From Thermococcus kodakarensis KOD1 (GTDB lineage Archaea > Methanobacteriota_B > Thermococci > Thermococcales > Thermococcaceae), in contig NC_006624.1 in NCBI RefSeq assembly GCF_000009965.1, forward strand, positions 930,001 to 962,000: a DNA stretch of 32,000 nucleotides, given 5' to 3'. The notes beneath the pieces were generated by a model, which did no database searches, had not been told where the DNA came from, and was given only the letters and a program-made list of their open reading frames with translations. The position numbers and the translations under genes are program-made. Below, piece by piece: positions 26,337 through 32,000 of the stretch. How positions within the stretch are numbered: the first letter of the stretch is position 1; every line of letters starts with the position of its first letter.

Positions 26337-27171
26337 CCAGTCTGAACCCCTTCTTCTTTTCCTTTGAGAACACTATTATTTCAACCGGCTCCCCCATCGT
26401 GAGCCTTCCCCAGGGAGCGTCCAGGTGTTTCTTGTTTTTGAAGCGATAGTAAAGCCCAACATCGCCCGAACTCACCACTTCGAAGTTCTCAACGTCCCCA
26501 ATGGATGTAATCTCCTCACAGAGACCATCTTTACAGGACAGTTTAGAGGGTTCAAGCCCAAGCTCCATCTCAAGGTATAAAAGTCTAGATAGGGCCTCGA
26601 TTGTCGGAGGATTCATCCCGTAGATCCGCCTAACGGCTTTCAAGAGGAGTGGAAACTTCCGGTCATCCTTTGACATTCCGTAGCCAAGCTCCCTAAGGGG
26701 ATCGCGCGGAAAAACACCGTGAAGAGCATTACGCAGCTTGATTATCCTGTTCACCCACACCTGCATCTCCTTTGGGCTTCCGAGCATTGAAAGCCGTCTG
26801 TCGAGGGAAAAACCGCGCTCGACATCCAAATTTTTCAGAGTACCTAACTGAAGATCAAGATCAGGGTTGCTCACTAAGAGGCCGTTCTTCTTCAGCAGGG
26901 AATACCCTTCGCGAAAGATCTTGTAGGATTCCTCAACGACGTCGTCCATGTTTAATGCGAAAGCGTAGAGACTGGCATCTCCGAGTCCAAGGACGAAGAG
27001 TGACTGGATGTCCAGGAGGAAGGCTAGTGTAACGTTGTTCTCGGAAACCCGGGTTTTAAGTTCATTTAGAACACTCTTAGAGTTTTCCAGCAACGTTCTG
27101 GCAGTACGTTCCTCATCTAGCATGTTTGTAAGTAGCGCTTCTCCAGATAAACGTTTTCCCTTTGAGGCCAC
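26320..27171 (-). CDS. Hypothetical protein; no family recognised
   Basis: A 283-aa ORF with host-like codon usage and a GTG start at 27171 (alternative ATG at 27123). It overlaps the GGR 3' end convergently by 17 nt. Confidence 0.55.
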   Translation of the reverse strand: MASKGKRLSGEALLTNMLDEERTARTLLENSKSVLNELKTRVSENNVTLAFLLDIQSLFVLGLGDASLYAFALNMDDVVEESYKIFREGYSLLKKNGLLVSNPDLDLQLGTLKNLDVERGFSLDRRLSMLGSPKEMQVWVNRIIKLRNALHGVFPRDPLRELGYGMSKDDRKFPLLLKAVRRIYGMNPPTIEALSRLLYLEMELGLEPSKLSCKDGLCEEITSIGDVENFEVVSSGDVGLYYRFKNKKHLDAPWGRLTMGEPVEIIVFSKEKKKGFRLVKEAP

Positions 27172-27214
27172 AAAGGTTTAATGTCCAAAATTCCAAAAGT
27201 AAAGAGGTGGTACC

Positions 27215-27583
27215 ATGCACGGAGCACTCGGTCTTGGATTGCTGGCAATCGGGATAGCGGGTTTAATAGCCCTACTCATCGCACTGGTCATAGCGGGCTT
27301 CGTTCTGTACCTCGGTACAGAGCTAGCAGGGATCAAAAAAGCGAGCCTTGGGAAATCAATAGTGGCCGTCGTTGGCGGTGGAATCCTGGCAGGGATCCTG
27401 TTCATAATCCCAGTGCTCGGTTGGATACTTGGGATAGTAGCCTACATCTGGGTGATAAAGGTCGTGTTTGACACGGATTGGCTGAGGGCTACACTGGCTT
27501 TCTTAATGGCCATAATAATCGAAGTCATAGTGCTGTGGCTCTTCAAGCTCCTCCTCGGAATCTCCCTGCTGGCGGCGCTTTAA
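27215..27583 (+). CDS. Small integral membrane protein (about 4 TM helices)
   Basis: 122 aa, almost entirely hydrophobic (GLGLLAIGIAGLIALLIALVIAGFVLYLG...). AGGTGG lies before the ATG. Confidence 0.6.
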   Translation: MHGALGLGLLAIGIAGLIALLIALVIAGFVLYLGTELAGIKKASLGKSIVAVVGGGILAGILFIIPVLGWILGIVAYIWVIKVVFDTDWLRATLAFLMAIIIEVIVLWLFKLLLGISLLAAL

Positions 27584-27584
27584 T

Positions 27585-30500
27585 TCATTTCTTTTTCCAG
27601 TCCTTGCAGTTCATATCGAGGCATATCTCGTACTCCCTGCCCTTCTCACGTATCTTAACGACTGGTGCACCGTTGCAGCAGGTCTTTTCAGTGGGGATAA
27701 CCTGACCGCGCTGGAGGATTGGGTAAGTGACATCGCACTTCGGCCAGTTGGAGCAGCCGACGAACCTCTTCCCAGTCTTTCTGTTGTAGCGGATGACCAG
27801 ATCGCCGCCGCACTTTGGGCACTTGCCCACGACGAGGGGCTTCCTCTCGGCTTTTGGAGTAGTTCCCTCCCCAGCCTTGCCGTCAGATTTTTCTTCGTCG
27901 TTGGCATCTTTAACCGCCCCCGTTTTCTTTGCGGCCTCTTTGCTCGTAGTTACACCGGTTCCAGTGCTCTCGAGGAGCATTTTACCGATATCCAGCTCCT
28001 TTTCCTTGAAGACCTGGAGTATCTTTATCAGCTGCTCCTTGCTCTCCTCGATGACCTGGTCTTTGTCCGCTTTTCCTGCCATTATCTCCTCCATCTTCTC
28101 CTCAAAGGCACGGGTAAGCTCGACGCTGACTATATCCGGTACGTTCTTTTCGAGAGCCTCAACGACCCTCATGCCGAGCGGCGTCACCTTGATCTTCTTC
28201 TTGCCCTCGATGTAGCCCCTCTGGTAGAGAGTCTCGAGAATCTGGGCGCGAGTGGCTTTTGTTCCAATGCCGAGATCTTCCATCTTCTTTATGACCGCCG
28301 CTGGAGAATATCTTGCTGGAGGCTTCGTCTTCTTTTTCTCGCGCTTTATCTGGATGACCTTTACGGGTTCACCCTCCTTAAAGGCCGGGAGGATAACCTC
28401 GTCGAACTTGACGTACTTTCCATAGACCTTCAGCCAGCCCTCTTTGAGAGTCCTTGCACCGCTCAAGATGAAGCGGTGGTTGTTGGAGTTTATTACCACC
28501 TTCATGGTTTCCCTTACGGCTGGCTCCATGAAGAGCGCCAGGAAGCGCCTCACTATGAGGTCGTAGAGGTTCCCCTCGTCCTTGGTCAGCTCGCCGGGCT
28601 TCGGAAGCTCGCCCGTTGGATATATCGCCGGGTGGGCTGGGTCGTCCTTCTTGCCCTCAACCGGCTTGAGGCTTTCCTTACCCAAAAGCTCGTGGGCGAA
28701 GGGCTTGTACTCTGGTAGCTTGGCTAGATTCTGGATTATCGATCGGAAGTTCAGGTTCTTGGGGAGCTTTTGGGAGGAAGTTCTTGGATAAGAGCAGTTG
28801 TGAACCACAACGCCGTTGGCAATGAAGTTGTGATATTGATCAACTACGAGGTCGTACACCTTACCGCGGTAGTGGAATTTCTCAATGGATCTTATACCAA
28901 GAACGTACACATCGCCCATTGCTATTCTGCGCAGATCAGTGTCCGTGAGATAGTCCACTATCCGCTGGAGCTTGTCGAGGCTTATTCCTCTGCCGTGTGC
29001 GGTTTGGTTAGACATATCGAACTTTTTCCAAAGAACGTTGCTGGATTTTATCTTTCCTTCCCAGCTTTTGACGTTAAGAACGCTGTAGTGGTGCGAGTAC
29101 GCTTTTCTTTTCCTAATGGCAACTTCCTTTACGTGTTCCAAATCCTTTCTTTTGATCCGGAGGTGATTTTTCATCACTTCATAGAACCTCCAAGCATCGC
29201 GGGAGTATACCTTAAGCTCGTAGGCCATGAAGTTCCCGTTTCTGTCTTTCTTTTCCCACAGATACGTTCCGACCCCAAGAAGCTGCCACATCTGTTTAAC
29301 AGTATATATGGCCATGCGGTTTTTGGACGTGAGAACTATCTGCGGAGAATGAGATTTCTTCCCACCGGTTGGTTTCGTTCCTATGTGGCCGTCTGCATCG
29401 TAATAACCGGCCAGAAACGCCGCCATCCACTCTGGCTTAGCCATTATCTCTCCTGGGATCCTGAAGATTTCGGTCTTATTGCCATATGGACAACCGAGCA
29501 ATTCGAAAAGCCTCGTTAGCGACTTGCTACGAAGGATTATCATCTTGTACTTTTCGTCAAAGGCAAAAGGAACTTGAAGAGAGTTCGCTATCTCTTTAAC
29601 AGCCTTCACGGTGTCCTCAGTTCTGTCCTTTGCTGGTATCGTTATCGCTCCCTTCTTTGCGAGATGACCGTCTCCCGCCACGAGTCCAAAGAGGTACCAG
29701 AACTCCTCGCTGAATTCAAAGGAAATAGGGGTCAGTGATGTGCTGTAGGAGAATCCCCTAAATACTTCCCTCAGCTCTTCGATGGATACAACACCCTCCT
29801 CCAGCAGGAACCTAACTATCGGAACGGGCATCTTGCCCCTCAGGTATTTGTAATAGGTCGGCTCCCTAATCCTGAAGCGCCACAGAATCTCAGTTTTTAA
29901 ACCGGCGTCTTTTATTCTGTTCCTCAGGACGCCGCCAAATTCTGGGTCATAGAGGATGTAATCCTTCATTGAAGTGGCATTTTCAAGAAGGAAGCCCAAG
30001 AGCGTCGGAGATTCGGTTCTTGGGGAGTACTCGCTTCTGTTTATAAAAAGAACGACCTGATCATTCTCTCTCAGTTCTTCTGCCGGGACAAAGATCAACT
30101 GGTCATCCCGGTATACCAGGACGGGATGATCCGCCGTGAGGTATAGCTCCGTCCTGTCACTTAAGGTAACCTTGTACATCGGCTCATCCGCATCCCTTTC
30201 AAGGAGTCTGTATCTGGCCCTTGAGAGTTTTAGGTCAAAGTCAAGCGCAAAGACCTCTCCTTTCTCTGGAAGCTCCTTTATTCTCTTAACCCCCTGGGGA
30301 GTTGGTATTAGTGAATCTGGATGCAGGCAATAACCCTTTTCGTACAGCTTCTGCGCGATGTCTAGAGTCTTCTTCGGGGAATAGCCGAACGCAGAGTAGG
30401 CCTCCCTCTGGAGGGTTCCGAGATCGAAGGGAACGGGCGGGTTCCTGTTCTGCTGTTTTACTTCAACTTTCTCGACGAAAGCTGGCCCCTTCTTGGCTTC

Positions 30501-31274
30501 TTCCACTATCTTCTTGGCCTCTTCCTCGTCCCACACCTTCTCCTTTTCATAGACCGCTGTATACTGTCCCCCGTTCTTTTCGAGGAGCATCTTGATGACC
30601 CAGTAGGGCTTCGGCTCAAAGTTCTGTATCTCCTTCTCCCTCTCGACGAGGAACTTTAAGGTCGGGCCCTGAACCCTTCCGGTCGAGAGAACCATCCACT
30701 TTCCGCTCGCGCGCTTTATGGCGGAAGTTAAAGCCCTCGAAAGGTTAACGCCCCAGTACCAGTCGAGGACGTGGCGGGCTATTCCAGCATCGGCCATCCC
30801 GAAGTTTATCGTCGGCTCCATGTTGTACCAGGCCTTGAGGAGGTCCTTTTTGGTTAGGGCAGAGAACTTCATGCGCTTCGCCTTTGATGGATCAACGCCG
30901 CAGGCGTACTTCAGGGCCGTGTAACCTATCACTTCACCCTCAGTATCATAATCACAGGCAACGACAAACTCATCTGCCTGCTTAGCGAGGGTCGCAAGGG
31001 CTTTGATGTAGTCCTTCGCGTAGCTCTTCCCCTTTTCAGCAACATAGACGGGGACCCATTCGATATCGAAAACCGGGTAGCCGTAGGTCTTGGTTTTTGG
31101 AGCAAGGGAGAAAAGGTGTCCCACGGCTGGGGCGACTATAACCTTCTTTCCGTCCCGCGTGAACTCGTAATAGCTAACCTTGCCGATTGTCTTCCTCACG
31201 GGCTTTCCTTCAGCTAAAGCATAGGCTATCTTCCTAGCGACGTTGGGCTTCTCGGCTATGATGAGCGTGACCAT
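27585..31274 (-). CDS. topA: Type IA DNA topoisomerase (TopA / Topo III-like) containing an intein; 718-aa exteins
   Basis: Toprim N-terminus [17 protein letters not shown]...ACDYDTEGE. The active-site motif ...AQKLYEKGY / CSYPRTSS... is split by the intein. C-terminal Zn ribbons are present: CPKCGGDL...CSNWPKC. Confidence 0.95.
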   Translation of the reverse strand: MVTLIIAEKPNVARKIAYALAEGKPVRKTIGKVSYYEFTRDGKKVIVAPAVGHLFSLAPKTKTYGYPVFDIEWVPVYVAEKGKSYAKDYIKALATLAKQADEFVVACDYDTEGEVIGYTALKYACGVDPSKAKRMKFSALTKKDLLKAWYNMEPTINFGMADAGIARHVLDWYWGVNLSRALTSAIKRASGKWMVLSTGRVQGPTLKFLVEREKEIQNFEPKPYWVIKMLLEKNGGQYTAVYEKEKVWDEEEAKKIVEEAKKGPAFVEKVEVKQQNRNPPVPFDLGTLQREAYSAFGYSPKKTLDIAQKLYEKGYCLHPDSLIPTPQGVKRIKELPEKGEVFALDFDLKLSRARYRLLERDADEPMYKVTLSDRTELYLTADHPVLVYRDDQLIFVPAEELRENDQVVLFINRSEYSPRTESPTLLGFLLENATSMKDYILYDPEFGGVLRNRIKDAGLKTEILWRFRIREPTYYKYLRGKMPVPIVRFLLEEGVVSIEELREVFRGFSYSTSLTPISFEFSEEFWYLFGLVAGDGHLAKKGAITIPAKDRTEDTVKAVKEIANSLQVPFAFDEKYKMIILRSKSLTRLFELLGCPYGNKTEIFRIPGEIMAKPEWMAAFLAGYYDADGHIGTKPTGGKKSHSPQIVLTSKNRMAIYTVKQMWQLLGVGTYLWEKKDRNGNFMAYELKVYSRDAWRFYEVMKNHLRIKRKDLEHVKEVAIRKRKAYSHHYSVLNVKSWEGKIKSSNVLWKKFDMSNQTAHGRGISLDKLQRIVDYLTDTDLRRIAMGDVYVLGIRSIEKFHYRGKVYDLVVDQYHNFIANGVVVHNCSYPRTSSQKLPKNLNFRSIIQNLAKLPEYKPFAHELLGKESLKPVEGKKDDPAHPAIYPTGELPKPGELTKDEGNLYDLIVRRFLALFMEPAVRETMKVVINSNNHRFILSGARTLKEGWLKVYGKYVKFDEVILPAFKEGEPVKVIQIKREKKKTKPPARYSPAAVIKKMEDLGIGTKATRAQILETLYQRGYIEGKKKIKVTPLGMRVVEALEKNVPDIVSVELTRAFEEKMEEIMAGKADKDQVIEESKEQLIKILQVFKEKELDIGKMLLESTGTGVTTSKEAAKKTGAVKDANDEEKSDGKAGEGTTPKAERKPLVVGKCPKCGGDLVIRYNRKTGKRFVGCSNWPKCDVTYPILQRGQVIPTEKTCCNGAPVVKIREKGREYEICLDMNCKDWKKK
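28797..30329 (-). mobile_element. Intein (511 aa) with a LAGLIDADG homing-endonuclease domain, inserted next to the catalytic-Tyr motif of topA
   Basis: It starts with Cys316 (CLHPDSLI...), ends ...GVVVHN826, and the +1 residue is Cys. LAGLIDADG motifs are [11 protein letters not shown] (29661-29693) and [15 protein letters not shown] verified the boundaries codon by codon (TGC at 30327-30329, AAC at 28797-28799). Confidence 0.92.
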
Positions 31275-31351
31275 AGGCCTCTCAGGGAATTGGATGTGAG
31301 GTATAAAAATTCTCCGAATGATTTATAACCCTGCACCATAGATGATGAACG

Positions 31352-32000
31352 ATGGCGATGATCAGCGTCGGGGGCGTTGGGGTACTCTTCGAAGGGGAGC
31401 TTGACGACGGTTTTGAGGACGGCTTTCGGACAACCTTTGCCAGGCGCTATCTTCCGGATGTTCTGCGTGGTGATGCACGCCCAAACGTAATCATCGAACG
31501 CTTCAAGGGCGAGAAGTTCAGGGTCTTCAGTTCTCTCTACGATGTCAATTCAAAGGACTACTACAAGCTCGAATCCGCCGTCCCGCAGGCGTACAAAAAC
31601 GAGGCCCCCGTGTTCTTCCTCCTCCAGGCAACCGCGAGGGCCGGTGCAAGGAAAGGCAGGATTTTCATCACGGATTCTGTCAGTGTTATAAACGAAAACG
31701 GAAAAGCCGTTCTCTTTGTTGGGTATCCCCACACCGGAAAGAGCACGATTTCCGCCCTGGCCCTTTCTGAGGGTCTTCCCCTTCTGAGCACAGAAAACAC
31801 CGTTGTGGACGTAAGGGACGGGAGGATTTTCGTCATAGGAGGCACCGACGTCCTAGTGTACGACCCGAAGATAGAGGAGATCTATGGGATAAAGGTGGAA
31901 TACCAAGACACCACGAGGAGCGGATACAGGATCGTGGACATATCGAGCTCCGAGAGGAGGATTGCACTGAGAAGGGGCGTGGAAATCGAGAAGATAATCG
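31352..32000 (+). CDS. HPr-kinase-like P-loop protein; 5' part only, runs off the window end
   Basis: My own translation gives MAMISVGGVGVLFEGELDDGFEDGF...AVLFVGYPHTGKSTISALALSEGLPLLSTENTVVDV... The P-loop and following segment resemble the HprK C-terminal motif GxSGxGKSxxALxLxxRGHxLVxDD. TATA ATTTATAA at 31321-31328 would give a near-leaderless mRNA. Confidence 0.5.
   Translation, partial: MAMISVGGVGVLFEGELDDGFEDGFRTTFARRYLPDVLRGDARPNVIIERFKGEKFRVFSSLYDVNSKDYYKLESAVPQAYKNEAPVFFLLQATARAGARKGRIFITDSVSVINENGKAVLFVGYPHTGKSTISALALSEGLPLLSTENTVVDVRDGRIFVIGGTDVLVYDPKIEEIYGIKVEYQDTTRSGYRIVDISSSERRIALRRGVEIEKII

Noticed and set aside
28770-29519. 249-aa plus-strand ORF inside the intein region
   Set aside because: It is antisense to the intein homing-endonuclease domain, which has clear LAGLIDADG motifs on the minus strand.
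31342-31348. C-box-like ATGATGA upstream of and overlapping the HprK-like gene start
   Set aside because: There is no CTGA D box within 35-60 nt downstream and no C'/D' pair. The sequence is explained by the CDS start region.

Overview
This is a chromosomal window from a Thermococcus (Thermococcales). Gene order and protein sequences look like T. kodakarensis or a close relative, judged from memory and not searched.

Contents, left to right:
- **1-960:** a truncated TauE/SafE transporter and a GNAT acetyltransferase.
- **1.0-4.4 kb:** an iron/peroxide island. It holds Bcp peroxiredoxin, two rubrerythrin-like diiron proteins, a frameshifted fur, a Dps-like ferritin with a stand-alone encapsulated-ferritin-like (EncFtn-like) gene, and a further, apparently broken, ferritin-like gene.
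- **4.5-5.3 kb:** an MscS channel.
- **5.4-8.8 kb:** the tungsten AOR / MoaD-like / radical-SAM Cmo operon.
- **8.9-10.1 kb:** an Nre-family gene ending in a PIP box.
- **10.1-13.8 kb:** an AT-richer accessory islet. It holds a candidate C/D-box sRNA, a coupled antitoxin / MazF / 41-aa ORF / NPP-phosphodiesterase gene string, a HEPN-MNT pair, a DUF3783-like gene, and a VapB with an internally deleted VapC.
- **13.8-23.2 kb:** the conserved operon rpoH-rpoB-rpoA'-rpoA''-rpl30e-nusA-rps12-rps7, on the minus strand.
- **23.4-26.3 kb:** the divergent pdo/surR pair with SurR boxes, then ferredoxin and geranylgeranyl reductase.
- **26.3-27.6 kb:** an uncharacterised 283-aa gene and a small membrane protein.
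- **27.6-31.3 kb:** a type IA topoisomerase interrupted by a 511-aa LAGLIDADG intein.
- **31.35 kb to the end:** a truncated HprK-like P-loop gene.

I saw no rRNA, tRNA or CRISPR array.

The most unusual items are:
- the shell-less EncFtn-like gene coupled to DpsL;
- the two decayed iron genes beside a palindromic operator;
- the MazF-NPP gene string;
- the C/D sRNA candidate.
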